Part shown: one piece after another, positions 26,423 through 37,595 of the stretch
Numbering within the stretch: the first letter of the stretch is position 1
Layout of the letters: each line of letters opens with the position of its first letter
Assembly (NCBI GenBank): GCA_026390135.1
Contig: JAPLGN010000041.1
Span: 13,969-77,968, forward strand
Length of the DNA: 64,000 nt
Reading direction: 5' to 3'
Source of the DNA: Campylobacterales bacterium
GTDB taxonomy: Bacteria > Campylobacterota > Campylobacteria > Campylobacterales > Sulfurimonadaceae
Made by a program: the position numbers and the translations under genes
The notes under the pieces: generated by a model
What the model saw: only the letters and a program-made list of their open reading frames with translations
Databases searched by the model: none
What the model was told of the DNA's origin: nothing

Positions 26423-28077
26423 AACGTTCACTTCTATTAAGTCTCCTCCTTATTACTTCTAGCTGGGGGATCACCCTTGCTGAAATTAATGACAAACCGG
26501 CTTCACGACAAAAGAATTTTTTGATTTGGCAATTTTTGCATCAGGACATTAATGCATCTCAAGCCAGTGAGGCATTTTATCAAGTGGAAAATGTCAACGA
26601 GCGTTTTCTATTTGATTATTCAGCTAAAACTGATGAAACAGACATTAAATACACTACCGATTGTATGCAAAAAAAAGCGTGTGACCTTCCATTTATTGAA
26701 CAAGATGACTGCTTGATGCTTGCACTTACGCCATATAAGGCAGTAGCATTAAAAAATGAAGAGCGTGAAACGATAGCAGTACGTCTAAACAATCGTTTTG
26801 GTAATACCCAATGGCTAAAAGCATTGAATCAAGATAGTTTTTATTCCTCTATTGATAATCTTCAAAATGAAAATACCCTCTTCCGTCTTGCTGGTTCACA
26901 ATTTCGCTATGATCATTTCAATCACAGGATAACACCTGAAGTGCTCAATGCATTGACTCAAAGTAGTGTTTTTTCTCAAATTGTTTTCTTAGCTGTTACC
27001 GATCCAAAAATGGATCAGCTGCAACAATCACTTGCTATGGTAAACGTCGGCAATTTTGATCCAAAAACAGAGTTCTTTTTGGCTATGAATGCCATTAAAT
27101 ATGGGAATATGGCGAATGCATTAGAGCATCTTAAAGCAGCTAAGGGACACTATTATGCCCCGATCGATAAAGATAAATGTCTTTTTTGGCTCTATAAAAT
27201 CACTCAAGATAACACCTATTTAACGGAACTTTCTCAAAGTTTGGATATTAATATGTACGTGCTTTATGCACGTGAGCTTCTTGGCTTACCTACTGAAAAT
27301 TACTTTACCACACTGCCAACAACCTCTAATCCCAATAGCATCACAGGAATTGATCCATTTGAGTGGAGAGCATTTTCTCAAGAAATTATGTCGTCTAATC
27401 CTGAAACAATTGCACCTCTTATCGACCGCTGTGATGGTGAAGACTCTATAGCGATTCAAGGTTATATTTTGGAACGTACCTACGAACCTTATATTCACAA
27501 TTTTACGCATACCTATGATCAATATATGACATCTCTCACAAATGATCAAAAAGCACTGGTTTATGCACTGATGCGTCAAGAAACACGCTTTATTCCAGGT
27601 TTGATTTCACGATCTTTTGCTCTTGGATTGATGCAAATTATGCCATTTAATATTGATACAATTAGTAAGGTTCATACTCTTAAACCTACTAATTACTTCG
27701 ATATGCTAAAACCTGAGTACAGTATCGCATACTCTATTTCTCATCTCAAACATTTGACGGATAAATATTACAATCCTATTTTAGTTGCGTATGGATACAA
27801 CGCAGGCTTCGGTTCTACTAAACGTCTGCTTACGGATGGCAGCGGTCGATTTTTACCTGGAACGTATGAGCCCTTTTTGAGTATGGAACTTATGGGAAAT
27901 GATGAAAATAGGGAGTATGGCAAGAGAGTCCTTGCCAATTATGTCATGTATAAAAAAATATTCGGTGAGGAAGTAAAAATTACTTCCCTTTTTGATAACT
28001 TAGTGCAACCGAACCAGTCTGATTATTTTCGAGCAGAAGCGTTAAAGCCCCTTCTGGTACAGAGTCAAATCGAATAA
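26419..28077 (+). CDS. slt: Soluble lytic transglycosylase
   Basis: ALMRQET, ALGLMQIMP, AYGYNAG, ENREYGKRV. Confidence 0.9.
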   Translation: MKRSLLLSLLLITSSWGITLAEINDKPASRQKNFLIWQFLHQDINASQASEAFYQVENVNERFLFDYSAKTDETDIKYTTDCMQKKACDLPFIEQDDCLMLALTPYKAVALKNEERETIAVRLNNRFGNTQWLKALNQDSFYSSIDNLQNENTLFRLAGSQFRYDHFNHRITPEVLNALTQSSVFSQIVFLAVTDPKMDQLQQSLAMVNVGNFDPKTEFFLAMNAIKYGNMANALEHLKAAKGHYYAPIDKDKCLFWLYKITQDNTYLTELSQSLDINMYVLYARELLGLPTENYFTTLPTTSNPNSITGIDPFEWRAFSQEIMSSNPETIAPLIDRCDGEDSIAIQGYILERTYEPYIHNFTHTYDQYMTSLTNDQKALVYALMRQETRFIPGLISRSFALGLMQIMPFNIDTISKVHTLKPTNYFDMLKPEYSIAYSISHLKHLTDKYYNPILVAYGYNAGFGSTKRLLTDGSGRFLPGTYEPFLSMELMGNDENREYGKRVLANYVMYKKIFGEEVKITSLFDNLVQPNQSDYFRAEALKPLLVQSQIE

Positions 28078-28471
28078 AATAATATTTATTCCAATTGTTT
28101 TGAACGGGTATCAACGCACGTTTTGGATCATTCTCTTTGAGCTCTTCAAGGAGTGTCGGTTTTTTACCATTCAATGTTAATGTGTAACCATGTGTATATA
28201 AATCCCATTTTTTGACATCCTGGTTAACTTTTTCAAAATAAACAGCACCGACAAAATATTCTCCATCATTATATGTTTGAGGATCAATCGGATTGAGATA
28301 GATAGCCGATACAAGGGCTTTAGTCTCAAAAGATTGAACAATAGCCCCCGTACGCAACTGCTCAACTGCGCGTTCATGCGCTTCATCCATTTTAAAAAGA
28401 TCAAATGTCCCTTTTTGTGCACACCCGCTAAAACCTATTAATGCAATCATTGCCATGCTTAAAAATCTCAT
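27980..28471 (-). CDS. Putative lipoprotein
   Basis: Lipobox FSGC; located between slt and mobB. Confidence 0.8.
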   Translation of the reverse strand: MRFLSMAMIALIGFSGCAQKGTFDLFKMDEAHERAVEQLRTGAIVQSFETKALVSAIYLNPIDPQTYNDGEYFVGAVYFEKVNQDVKKWDLYTHGYTLTLNGKKPTLLEELKENDPKRALIPVQNNWNKYYFIRFDSVPEGALTLLLENNQTGSVALSYQKGK

Positions 28472-28564
28472 ATTACTCCTTCAATGGTGTTCTTATACGC
28501 CATCTTAACAAAATTTCAATGATAGTTGACTATAATATGACTATATAACTATTGAGGCTTATTT

Positions 28565-29071
28565 TTGAAAAAACGTTTAGCAGTTGCATTTACCGGTCCT
28601 TCCAACAGTGGTAAGACGACATTGATTTTAAAAGTAGCGCGTAAATTAATCCATGAACACGGCTTAGACGTTGCTATTATCAAAAATGATCCCAAAGATA
28701 AAGCTCAATTTGATGTCCCCGGAAAAGACAGCTACAAATTCAGCGATACAGGTGCAGAGGTAGTGGTTACTTCCCCTACTCGAACAACCTATTTTTCACA
28801 ACGTCATAAAGAACTGGATGAAATTGTCGCCATGTTTACAGATTTCGATGTTTTACTTGTTGAAGGACTTAAAAATCTTCCACTTCCTCGTATCAGTATT
28901 TTTAGAACCACAATTGATACAGACTATTTTCCGTACATGAACGCATTGGCTATTGATGAATCAATCACTATCGCTGATTATGATTTGCCTGATACAGTTG
29001 ATGTATTGGATCTCAACGATGCAGATAACGTAATTGAATGGATATTAAATAACGCAAAGGTACTTGAATGA
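28565..29071 (+). CDS. mobB: Molybdopterin-guanine dinucleotide biosynthesis protein B
   Basis: [22 protein letters not shown]. Confidence 0.92.
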   Translation: MKKRLAVAFTGPSNSGKTTLILKVARKLIHEHGLDVAIIKNDPKDKAQFDVPGKDSYKFSDTGAEVVVTSPTRTTYFSQRHKELDEIVAMFTDFDVLLVEGLKNLPLPRISIFRTTIDTDYFPYMNALAIDESITIADYDLPDTVDVLDLNDADNVIEWILNNAKVLE

Positions 29072-29910
29072 AAGAAATATTAGAAGCAATAGAGCGTAGT
29101 GCTATTCGCATTAAAAGAGCTATTGATGTTAAAGACATTGGCTATTCACAAGAACAAAACAGCTCAGGTGAGACGCAATTACAATTGGATATTCAAAGCG
29201 ATTTGATTATCGAAGAAGAGCTTAGTCATGTAGCTTCTGTACACACTATTGCCAGTGAAGAAAAAGAGCTTCCGATGCTTTTAAACGAAGCAGGTCATTA
29301 TTTCATTGCCTTTGATCCTCTTGATGGTTCATCTCTTGTAGATGTGAATCTAAGTGTTGGTTCGATTTTTGGAATTTATGAGGGAGAGTTTATCGGAAGT
29401 AAATTACTAGCTTCATGTTACGTCGTCTATGGTCCCCGCGTAGAGCTTGTATTTGCATACGAAGGGACAGTGAAGCTTTATCTTCTCCAAGAAGGTGAAT
29501 TTGAATATGTCAAAGAGATTCACTTGGGTGAAAAAGGGAAAATCAATGCTCCTGGCGGAACTCAACAGTTTTGGGCACCGTATCATAAAGCAATGATCGA
29601 TTCATTCTTTGCCCAAGGGTACCGTTTACGCTATTCAGGAGGAATGGTTCCTGACTTACACCAAATACTCCTAAAAGGAGGCGGATTATTCAGCTATCCG
29701 GGTGCCACTGATAAACCTGAAGGAAAATTGCGTCAATTATTTGAAGTCTTTCCTTTCGCGTTAATATTTGAAATGGCTGGCGGACAAGCGATAGATGGAA
29801 CAATCCGTGTTCTTGATAAAAACACTGCACATATTCATGATACGTCTCCTTGCTTTTTTGGCTCAAAACATGAAATTACTGTAGTTTTGGATGTTTATGG
29901 ACGAAACTAA
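29068..29910 (+). CDS. fbp: Fructose-1,6-bisphosphatase class 1
   Basis: [24 protein letters not shown]. Confidence 0.95.
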   Translation: MKEILEAIERSAIRIKRAIDVKDIGYSQEQNSSGETQLQLDIQSDLIIEEELSHVASVHTIASEEKELPMLLNEAGHYFIAFDPLDGSSLVDVNLSVGSIFGIYEGEFIGSKLLASCYVVYGPRVELVFAYEGTVKLYLLQEGEFEYVKEIHLGEKGKINAPGGTQQFWAPYHKAMIDSFFAQGYRLRYSGGMVPDLHQILLKGGGLFSYPGATDKPEGKLRQLFEVFPFALIFEMAGGQAIDGTIRVLDKNTAHIHDTSPCFFGSKHEITVVLDVYGRN

Positions 29911-30091
29911 TAGTGTCTATGAAGGTAAGCTTGATGACGCCAAGCAGTCACTTATCGAGTGCCAAACGTCTAAAGCGATAGAAAGCTGTCTAAACTGTCC
30001 TCAACTCATTGGATGTTCTATACGAACACAGTATGTACGTGCAGTATATGAGAGTATGTCCAAAGGTGAAATCGGTGGTTTTGATTTTTAA
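29897..30091 (+). CDS. Small conserved Cys-containing hypothetical protein
   Basis: CQ...SCLNC...C..R..YV..VYESM.KG..GGFDF pattern; located between fbp and metG. Confidence 0.75.
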   Translation: MDETNSVYEGKLDDAKQSLIECQTSKAIESCLNCPQLIGCSIRTQYVRAVYESMSKGEIGGFDF

Positions 30092-30190
30092 TTTGAAGAA
30101 CAAAGAGATGTATTCCCTTGGCTGCGCGTGCAGCACAAGGCGCTGAAACTTTCCTCATTTGAGGAAGAAAATAAAGGAGAAGAGACTGAA

Positions 30191-32143
30191 ATGAAAAATT
30201 ATATTACAACCCCTATATATTATGTTAACGGTGAAGCCCATATTGGTCATGCCTATACGACTTTTATCGCGGATACACTTGCCCGTCATTCTCGCCTTTT
30301 GGGTAATGAAACCTATTTTTTAACTGGAACTGATGAACACGGTCAAAAAATTGAAGAAGCCGCAAAAAAACTCAATAAACCTACCCAGCAATTTGCTGAT
30401 GAGATCAGTGCAACGTTCAAAAATTTGTGGGACAGTTTTGATATTAGTTACGATCAATTTATCCGCACGACCGATGAGAAACACAAACGAGGCGTTCAAG
30501 CCGCTTTTCTTAAAATGGTAGAAAAAGGTGATATTTATAAAGATTTTTATGAAGGCAATTACTGTGTCAGCTGTGAGACTTTCTTCCCTGAATCTCAACT
30601 CATGGAGGGTGGATGTTGCCCTGACTGCGGACGTGCTACTACTATTTTAAAAGAAGAGAGTTACTTCTTTAGACTTTCAAAATATGAACAGCCATTGTTA
30701 GATTATTATGAAGCACATAGCGATTTTATCCTCCCAAAATCACGTAAAAATGAAGTTATTAGCTTTGTTAAGGGCGGATTGCATGATCTTTCTGTCACAC
30801 GTACAAGCTTTAACTGGGGAGTACATCTTCCTGAATCACTCAATGATCCTAAGCATGTTATGTACGTTTGGCTAGATGCATTGATGAATTATGTGACAGC
30901 TCTTGGATATGGAAATGGCGAAGAAAATATGGATTTTTGGCCTGCCACAACTCAGCTTGTAGGAAAAGACATCTTGCGTTTTCATGCAATTTACTGGCCT
31001 GCATTTTTGATGAGCTTAGATTTACCCCTTCCAAAACATATCGGTGCTCACGGTTGGTGGACGCGCGATGGGGAGAAAATGTCCAAATCCAAAGGAAACG
31101 TTGTTGATCCCATCGAAGTTGCAAAGCACTATGGCGTTGAAAATTTCCGCTATTTTATGATGAGAGAAGTCCCTTTTGGACAAGACGGTGATTTTTCACA
31201 ACGTGCCCTTATCGACCGTATGAATTCGGATCTTAGCAACGATTTGGGTAATCTTCTTAACCGTGTCATCGGAATGTCTGAAAAATATTCTGATTTTGTG
31301 ATTGACAGCGTGGATGTTTTAAAATACCATTCCAAAGAGATTGATGATGCCCATGTCATTATCAATACTCTCGAAGAGTATATGAAAGATTTACAGCTTC
31401 ACCGTTATCTTGAAGAGCTTTGGAAAGTTTTCACCATCGGTAATAAAGCGATTGAAGAACATGCTCCATGGATTAAAATCAAAGAAGGTCGTACGGATGA
31501 AGCGCTTGCTACGGTTGCCCTGGTCGCCAATCTGTTGGCCAAGGCATCAGTGATGCTGAACTCTATTATGCCTCATACTACAGCTACTGTAGCGGATGCA
31601 CTTGGGTTTGAAATCAATACTGCCAGCTATAATGATTTGATTCTCAATAAAACGCTTCTAAAAACTTTTACAATTAAAAAAGTTCCCCCTCTTTTCCCAC
31701 GTGTTGATGAGCCATTGATGGATGAAGCACCCAAAGCTATGATGCAAGAAGCACCTGTTACAGTAATTGTTGCAACGAAAACCGAAGAAAAAAAGGTGAG
31801 TACTGTTTCAGAAGAAGGTGTAATCACGATTGACCAATTTTTTCAAACATCGTTAAAAATTGGCACTGTTATCGAAGCACAAGAAGTACCGAAAAGCTCA
31901 AAACTACTCCGTCTTCAAGTTGACCTTGGAGAAGAAGTACCACGTCAGATTGTTGCTGGAATCAAAGAGTACTACAGTGCCGAATCCCTTGTAGGAACGC
32001 AAGTGTGTGTTGTTGCCAACCTCAAACCTGCTAAGCTTATGGGACTGCTCTCTGAGGGAATGTTACTTGCTGCAAAAGACGCTGATGGACTTTCTCTTAT
32101 TCGACCTGAAAAACCACGTGCTATTGGAAGCTCTATTGGATGA
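30191..32143 (+). CDS. metG: Methionine--tRNA ligase
   Basis: YITTPIYY, HIGH, KMSKS, C-terminal tRNA-binding domain; AAGGAG upstream of ATG 30191. Confidence 0.97.
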   Translation: MKNYITTPIYYVNGEAHIGHAYTTFIADTLARHSRLLGNETYFLTGTDEHGQKIEEAAKKLNKPTQQFADEISATFKNLWDSFDISYDQFIRTTDEKHKRGVQAAFLKMVEKGDIYKDFYEGNYCVSCETFFPESQLMEGGCCPDCGRATTILKEESYFFRLSKYEQPLLDYYEAHSDFILPKSRKNEVISFVKGGLHDLSVTRTSFNWGVHLPESLNDPKHVMYVWLDALMNYVTALGYGNGEENMDFWPATTQLVGKDILRFHAIYWPAFLMSLDLPLPKHIGAHGWWTRDGEKMSKSKGNVVDPIEVAKHYGVENFRYFMMREVPFGQDGDFSQRALIDRMNSDLSNDLGNLLNRVIGMSEKYSDFVIDSVDVLKYHSKEIDDAHVIINTLEEYMKDLQLHRYLEELWKVFTIGNKAIEEHAPWIKIKEGRTDEALATVALVANLLAKASVMLNSIMPHTTATVADALGFEINTASYNDLILNKTLLKTFTIKKVPPLFPRVDEPLMDEAPKAMMQEAPVTVIVATKTEEKKVSTVSEEGVITIDQFFQTSLKIGTVIEAQEVPKSSKLLRLQVDLGEEVPRQIVAGIKEYYSAESLVGTQVCVVANLKPAKLMGLLSEGMLLAAKDADGLSLIRPEKPRAIGSSIG

Positions 32144-33144
32144 GACTTGAAAATATCCTCGCATTGACCAAAGGAACACTGCACAGTGATCCTAATATCA
32201 GTCTTTTTGAAAGTATTGCTTTTGAGGTCTCAAAAGTAAAGCGAGGATCACTTTTTGTAGCCTATAATCCTGCTGATATTCCTGAAGCCCTGAGTTGTGG
32301 TGCGTATGGAATACTTTTTGACAAACCAACGCAAATGGGTGATCGTGAAGTAGCATGGATCAAAGTTGAAAAGATTGATGATGCACTTAAACGATTGTTG
32401 CGTTTTTATTTACTCGAAAAAGAGTTGCAAGTTTATGCCTGTGACCCAATCACCTTGCATCTTGCCCATTCTGTCTCAACACCCAGTAATTTTTGCCCTG
32501 TAGATGGCCCAATGGGACAAGTTTGGGAAAAACTATGGCCATTAGAAAAAAAATCAATTGTACTTTATTCCCCTGCTCTGACTGATCCTGAAATATTTAT
32601 TGAAACCGACCAGCTTATTCGTGCTCAAGAAACAACCATCACAATTATTGAGCAAACATTGTTTGAAACCTCATTTATCCACAACGATACTTTTTATGAG
32701 CGTCAGATGCTTTCACCGTTTTTTATCCCCTACCTCGAACATCTTCTCTTTTTTTATACCTTTATGCGCATACCTTTTCAGCTAAAAAGCTTTAGTAAAA
32801 TGGGTCATTTTACCCCCGTTTTCACCAATGCACGTTTGGAAATAAAAGAATTTGGGAGTAGTGACCGTGTGGTAATATTTGAACCTCTTCTCGAACTTAT
32901 CGATGAGCAAATAGATTTTTTACGTGAACAGGCATCGTGGTCGCGAATACTTTATATTCTACCCGATTCTATGAAATCCAGTCTCACCATCGGGATTGAG
33001 AATATCCTGTATTATGGGTATCTAGAAGAGATTTTAACACTGCTTCAAACCAATTCGTTTCATTTTGCTCTGATTGCAGGAGCAGATAAAAGCATCCTAA
33101 ACCCTGCACGCTCATCGATGCGACAATTGGAACTTGATTTTTAA
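32140..33144 (+). CDS. Conserved hypothetical protein (Mur-ligase-like N-terminus)
   Basis: KVKRGSLF..GAYGI N-terminal pattern; coupled to metG (ATGA overlap). Confidence 0.7.
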   Translation: MRLENILALTKGTLHSDPNISLFESIAFEVSKVKRGSLFVAYNPADIPEALSCGAYGILFDKPTQMGDREVAWIKVEKIDDALKRLLRFYLLEKELQVYACDPITLHLAHSVSTPSNFCPVDGPMGQVWEKLWPLEKKSIVLYSPALTDPEIFIETDQLIRAQETTITIIEQTLFETSFIHNDTFYERQMLSPFFIPYLEHLLFFYTFMRIPFQLKSFSKMGHFTPVFTNARLEIKEFGSSDRVVIFEPLLELIDEQIDFLREQASWSRILYILPDSMKSSLTIGIENILYYGYLEEILTLLQTNSFHFALIAGADKSILNPARSSMRQLELDF

Positions 33145-33794
33145 CCTATCCTTATCTCTTTTAATTCACTCCGTAATTTTTTTTCATTCTCTAAGATGGT
33201 TCCTACCAAAGCATGAAACTCTTTTGCGTGATTCATGTGTTTTAAATGTGCTAATTCATGTACGATTATATAATCAATATGTTCATATGAAAGTTGCATC
33301 ATCATAGTATTAAATGTTACTATCCCTAAACTATTACAACTTCCCCATCGTCGCCGTAGCCGTTTGTATCGTATCTCACCAGGGTATAAATTCATCTTTT
33401 TGGCATAATAATTGATTCGGGAAGGAAGAGTTAAAATCGCTTCATTTTTGTAAAATTGATGATAATATTTTTCAATATTAATACTATCTTTGTCTTTTAT
33501 AAGCTTTTTTTGAAAGTATTCAAAGGAATCTAAATGCATAACTTCCCCCCGAAAACGAATAGTACTTCCTAATGTATGAGAGTATAAAGAACGTTTTTGC
33601 AGGGAAATGAGTTTAGAATTAATCCACTCTTCCTTTTCTTTTAGCAGGTTACGAATCCGTTTCATATCTTTAAGTGGTGTTCGTACCCGTACACACCCAT
33701 CATGAGTGATTGTAATGTAGGTATTACGATTACGAGGTGCAAAAAGAATACTAACCTCAGAGGTTAGTGCATTAAAGGTATTCGATGGGATCAT
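33141..33794 (-). CDS. YgjP/SprT-like M48 zinc metalloprotein
   Basis: [22 protein letters not shown]; start uncertain (33794 or 33866). Confidence 0.88.
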   Translation of the reverse strand: MIPSNTFNALTSEVSILFAPRNRNTYITITHDGCVRVRTPLKDMKRIRNLLKEKEEWINSKLISLQKRSLYSHTLGSTIRFRGEVMHLDSFEYFQKKLIKDKDSINIEKYYHQFYKNEAILTLPSRINYYAKKMNLYPGEIRYKRLRRRWGSCNSLGIVTFNTMMMQLSYEHIDYIIVHELAHLKHMNHAKEFHALVGTILENEKKLRSELKEIRIG

Positions 33795-34437
33795 TAACGC
33801 CTGCACGCTCAAAGCCTCGCAGTCGTAAGCGACAGCTATCACATACGCCACATGCTTTATCTTCACTTTGATAGCAACTCCATGTCAAATGAAGCGGAAC
33901 ATCCAACTTGAGTGCTTCTAGAACAATTTGAGATTTTTGTAAATGAACCAATGGCATTTCGATAGTAATGTTTGTTGTCTCTTTTGTCCCCAAATTGGCA
34001 GTGTGTTGAAATGAGTGTATAAATGCATCACGACAATCGGGATAACCGCTGCTGTCTTCCTCGACAACACCAATAGCTATACTAGAGCACCCCTCTTTTT
34101 CAGCAATAGCCGTTGCAATACTCAAAAAAATACCGTTGCGAAAAGGGACATACGTAATTGGAACACCCTCTTCTACTCCTGCAGTGGGTACATCAATACT
34201 ATGATCAGTCAATGCCGAGGCCCCGATGGTCTTGAAAAAATCCAAATCTATTTCATATTTTTCACTCACACCCAAATCCGTACAAACAGCACGATAGGAT
34301 TCTAGTTCTTTGACAACCGTTCGTTGACCGTAATTAAAGTGCAATGCGATAATTTCGTAACCGCGTGAGTGCATAATATAGGCGACGAGAGTTGAGTCCA
34401 TCCCACCGCTCATGATACAAAGTGCTTTTTTAGTCAT
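33772..34437 (-). CDS. queC: 7-cyano-7-deazaguanine synthase
   Basis: SGGMDS, YVPFRN, GYPDCR, TWSCY, CGVCDSC. Confidence 0.97.
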   Translation of the reverse strand: MTKKALCIMSGGMDSTLVAYIMHSRGYEIIALHFNYGQRTVVKELESYRAVCTDLGVSEKYEIDLDFFKTIGASALTDHSIDVPTAGVEEGVPITYVPFRNGIFLSIATAIAEKEGCSSIAIGVVEEDSSGYPDCRDAFIHSFQHTANLGTKETTNITIEMPLVHLQKSQIVLEALKLDVPLHLTWSCYQSEDKACGVCDSCRLRLRGFERAGVNDPIEYL

Positions 34438-34491
34438 AAAATTCCCTTTAATGAGATTGTACCAAGGGGAGCCTTATGCTACAATGCGTTT

Positions 34492-34911
34492 ATGATAGAT
34501 TTAGATAACAGAACCGATAAAAATTATAATTTCGCTCTATTGGAGCAAATAGCCAATACGCTTAGTGTCCGTGAAATTGAGCTTATTCTCACCGATGATG
34601 ATGAAATAGCCCAAATTAACCTTGAATTTCGAGGCATTGATAAAGCCACCGATGTACTTAGTTTTCCCAGTGATCCCTTTCCTAATGCACCGCTTGGTAG
34701 TATCATTATCAGTGTAGATAAAGTACAAAGTGTTGCAGAAGAACTGGGACATACGCCTGACGATGAGATTGCCTTACTCTTTATCCATGGAATACTTCAT
34801 CTTCTCGGGTTCGACCATGAAGTCGATAGTGGAGAAATGCGAGATCGTGAAAGAGAACTTGTAAAAGAATTTAATTTACCGCTGAGCTTGATTGTTCGGA
34901 CACAGGGATAA
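34492..34911 (+). CDS. ybeY: rRNA maturation endoribonuclease
   Basis: TDVLSFP, HGILHLLGFDHE. Confidence 0.96.
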   Translation: MIDLDNRTDKNYNFALLEQIANTLSVREIELILTDDDEIAQINLEFRGIDKATDVLSFPSDPFPNAPLGSIIISVDKVQSVAEELGHTPDDEIALLFIHGILHLLGFDHEVDSGEMRDRERELVKEFNLPLSLIVRTQG

Positions 34912-36715
34912 TCTTTTCCGGCTGACCCAATTTGACGTAGCCTAATTCCAATAATTTATTATAAATCCCAGAAATCATGGTACCTGCGGCCTCTCCACCG
35001 TGTCCTCCATGCTCAATTAATACCGTTACAATAAACTGAGGATTATCAGCAGGACCGTAGGTAGTAAACCAAGCATGAGAACGTTTTAGATACTCCATAC
35101 TCTTTTCATTCAGACGGTTTTTAACATTTTGGCCTATCCCTGTTGTTTGTGCTGTACCTGTTTTTCCTGCGATTGGAAAACGACTTGATATAAACGCCTT
35201 AGCCGTTCCTCCAGTGTCATTACAAACGGATCTCATTGCACTTTGAATGATAGGAAGATTTCTTTTTTCCAGCGCTGTTAAAACGTCTTTTGGTTGTGGA
35301 GCAACAATACTTGAACCAACCTTATAGGCAATATGAGGAGTAGGAAGTTTACCCGTTGCCATCAATGCAGTGTATTGCGCTATTTGAATAGGGGTCGTTA
35401 AAACATCACCTTGTCCAATAGCGGTATTGAGTGTTTCGCCACGATACCATGGTTGTTTGAATTTCTTTAATTTCCATAGTCTGCTTGGTATCGTTCCGAC
35501 AAATTCATTGGGGAGATCAATGGATGTTTTGACGCCTAATCCCATACGCATCAACCCAGAGCTCATTTTTTCTATACCTAGATTTAAACTTCCCTTATAA
35601 AAATAGTCATCACAACTTTGAGTAATTGCTTTATGAATTGTCACATCACCATGTCCATGTTGATTCCAACAACGAAATGATCGATTTCCCAAACGAAAAG
35701 ACCCCGTACAATTCACAGAAAAATTTTCATTCATTACCCCAGAACTAATATAAAGGAGTCCCATTCCTGTTTTAATCGTTGAACCGGGTGGGTACAATCC
35801 GTTAATAATTTTATTGGTGAAAGGAGCATCAACACTGTTAATAAGGTAGTTCCATTGATCTGAACTTACCCCCTCGACGAATGCATTTAGATCATATTCC
35901 GGATAACTTCCTGCCGCATAGATCGCACCTTTTGTATCCATGACAACTATAGCTCCGACATTACCCTTAAAAGACTCTGCTATGTACTTTTCAAGTCGCA
36001 TATCAATATTGAGCACAAGATTACGATTCTCTTTGGTTGCACTGCGTCCTAACTCTTCTATTTCAGCATTGTGGGCATTAACTTTAATCCGACGTTCTCC
36101 TGCTTCACCTTGTAGATAGGTATTGTAATATTTTTCAATTCCCGTTTTTCCAACATGTCCCAGAAGTTGTAAGAGCGAATTATTTTCAACTTCTCTTTGA
36201 TTTGCCTTTGCCACATATCCAATAAGATGGGATGCAATTTTTCCATAAGGATATAATCGTTTAGGAGAAGGTGAAATTTTGATCGTCTCACGTAAATTCA
36301 TCAATGCATAAAGAGGTATCATCGTTTCATGAGGGATAAATTCAACAACATCAATAAAATTATGGTTATAGTAGGAATCTTCTAGCTTATACGCTTTAGC
36401 GATTTTTTTTGCATCAAGTGAAGGAATCATAGAGAGTAAATAGGCTATTTCCTGCTTCAGGAGATGCTCATCATCACCTTTAGTTAAATGAGGAGCAAGT
36501 GAAATTTTAAATCCAAGTTCATTAATGGCAATAGGCTCCAGATTACGATCTAAAATCTCTCCGCGAACCGGCGCGGAAAGCTCTGCTTTGATACTATTAT
36601 TTTGGGAAAGCATTTCATAATGTTCATTGGATTGAACCGATAAATCATAGACACGTACGAGAAGAGCGATCCAAGCCATTATAAAAAAGATGATTAATAC
36701 TTTTACTTTCATCAA
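34871..36715 (-). CDS. mrdA: Penicillin-binding protein 2
   Basis: RGEILDRN, PGSTIK (SxxK), SCD, KTGTAQ. Confidence 0.95.
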   Translation of the reverse strand: MMKVKVLIIFFIMAWIALLVRVYDLSVQSNEHYEMLSQNNSIKAELSAPVRGEILDRNLEPIAINELGFKISLAPHLTKGDDEHLLKQEIAYLLSMIPSLDAKKIAKAYKLEDSYYNHNFIDVVEFIPHETMIPLYALMNLRETIKISPSPKRLYPYGKIASHLIGYVAKANQREVENNSLLQLLGHVGKTGIEKYYNTYLQGEAGERRIKVNAHNAEIEELGRSATKENRNLVLNIDMRLEKYIAESFKGNVGAIVVMDTKGAIYAAGSYPEYDLNAFVEGVSSDQWNYLINSVDAPFTNKIINGLYPPGSTIKTGMGLLYISSGVMNENFSVNCTGSFRLGNRSFRCWNQHGHGDVTIHKAITQSCDDYFYKGSLNLGIEKMSSGLMRMGLGVKTSIDLPNEFVGTIPSRLWKLKKFKQPWYRGETLNTAIGQGDVLTTPIQIAQYTALMATGKLPTPHIAYKVGSSIVAPQPKDVLTALEKRNLPIIQSAMRSVCNDTGGTAKAFISSRFPIAGKTGTAQTTGIGQNVKNRLNEKSMEYLKRSHAWFTTYGPADNPQFIVTVLIEHGGHGGEAAGTMISGIYNKLLELGYVKLGQPEKIIPVSEQSSSAVN

Positions 36716-37164
36716 AACATCGCTATCAAGGCAAACTCAATCGCCATGTATAAAAAAGAATGCCAGTCGAATGCGGGTAAAGGGAGAAGAAAAATACCAT
36801 CAATCATCGTTATAAACACCCAAAAAATAAGATAACTTGCAGCAACAAAAAGAGCTTTAATACACAGTTTACATCGCATTGTTTGCTCAAGATAAGGCAG
36901 AATATAATGACTTATAAGAGTAAAGAAGAGGATTGAACTTCCGAACCAGTAGCCTTTTTCAGCCTCAATCATTAATAGCATAAGTGAAACTACAATGAGT
37001 GAATAGAGATCATGACGTGTCAGTGAACGATAGAATAAATAACCCATCAAAGCAAGCATTGGGGGCAAAAAAAGATAGATACTGCTAAGCGCACTGTAAA
37101 TACCAAAAGCAACAACCCAAAAAAGGTTGCTTAGAGCGTTTTGATAAGTGATACTTCGTTGCAT
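36712..37164 (-). CDS. Membrane protein, MreD-like position
   Basis: Multi-TM protein directly upstream of mrdA. Confidence 0.65.
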   Translation of the reverse strand: MQRSITYQNALSNLFWVVAFGIYSALSSIYLFLPPMLALMGYLFYRSLTRHDLYSLIVVSLMLLMIEAEKGYWFGSSILFFTLISHYILPYLEQTMRCKLCIKALFVAASYLIFWVFITMIDGIFLLPLPAFDWHSFLYMAIEFALIAMF

Positions 37165-37595
37165 ATCGGAAAATGTTTGCATTTGATGCAGTCGGCCCAA
37201 ATTTTATGTTCGGGAATGGTCTCTTTGGGGATTTCTACAAATCCGAGACGTTCAAAAAATGTTCGTTGATAGGTAAGAGCTAATATTTCACGAAGTCCTA
37301 AAAGCTTTCCTTCATCACATACTTTGGCTACCAAAGTACTTCCGATGTTCTGTCCACGATAGCTACTATCAATAATCATAGAACGAACTTCAGCAAGATT
37401 GGGAGAATGAATATGAAGCGCACAAAACCCAACTAATTTATCTTCATCCATTGCCAAAGTATACGAACGTATATTGGTGGCTATTTCATCATCACTGCGA
37501 TACAAAATAACACCGCTTTGGATTTCTGGCTCTACAAGACTCTGCATCGCTGGAATATCTAATAGTGATGCTTTTTTATACGTTATCAGGCTCAC
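37131..37595 (-). CDS. GNAT N-acetyltransferase (short ArgA-like)
   Basis: AEVRS, YRGQNIG, KIWADCIKC. Confidence 0.85.
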   Translation of the reverse strand: MSLITYKKASLLDIPAMQSLVEPEIQSGVILYRSDDEIATNIRSYTLAMDEDKLVGFCALHIHSPNLAEVRSMIIDSSYRGQNIGSTLVAKVCDEGKLLGLREILALTYQRTFFERLGFVEIPKETIPEHKIWADCIKCKHFPICNEVSLIKTL

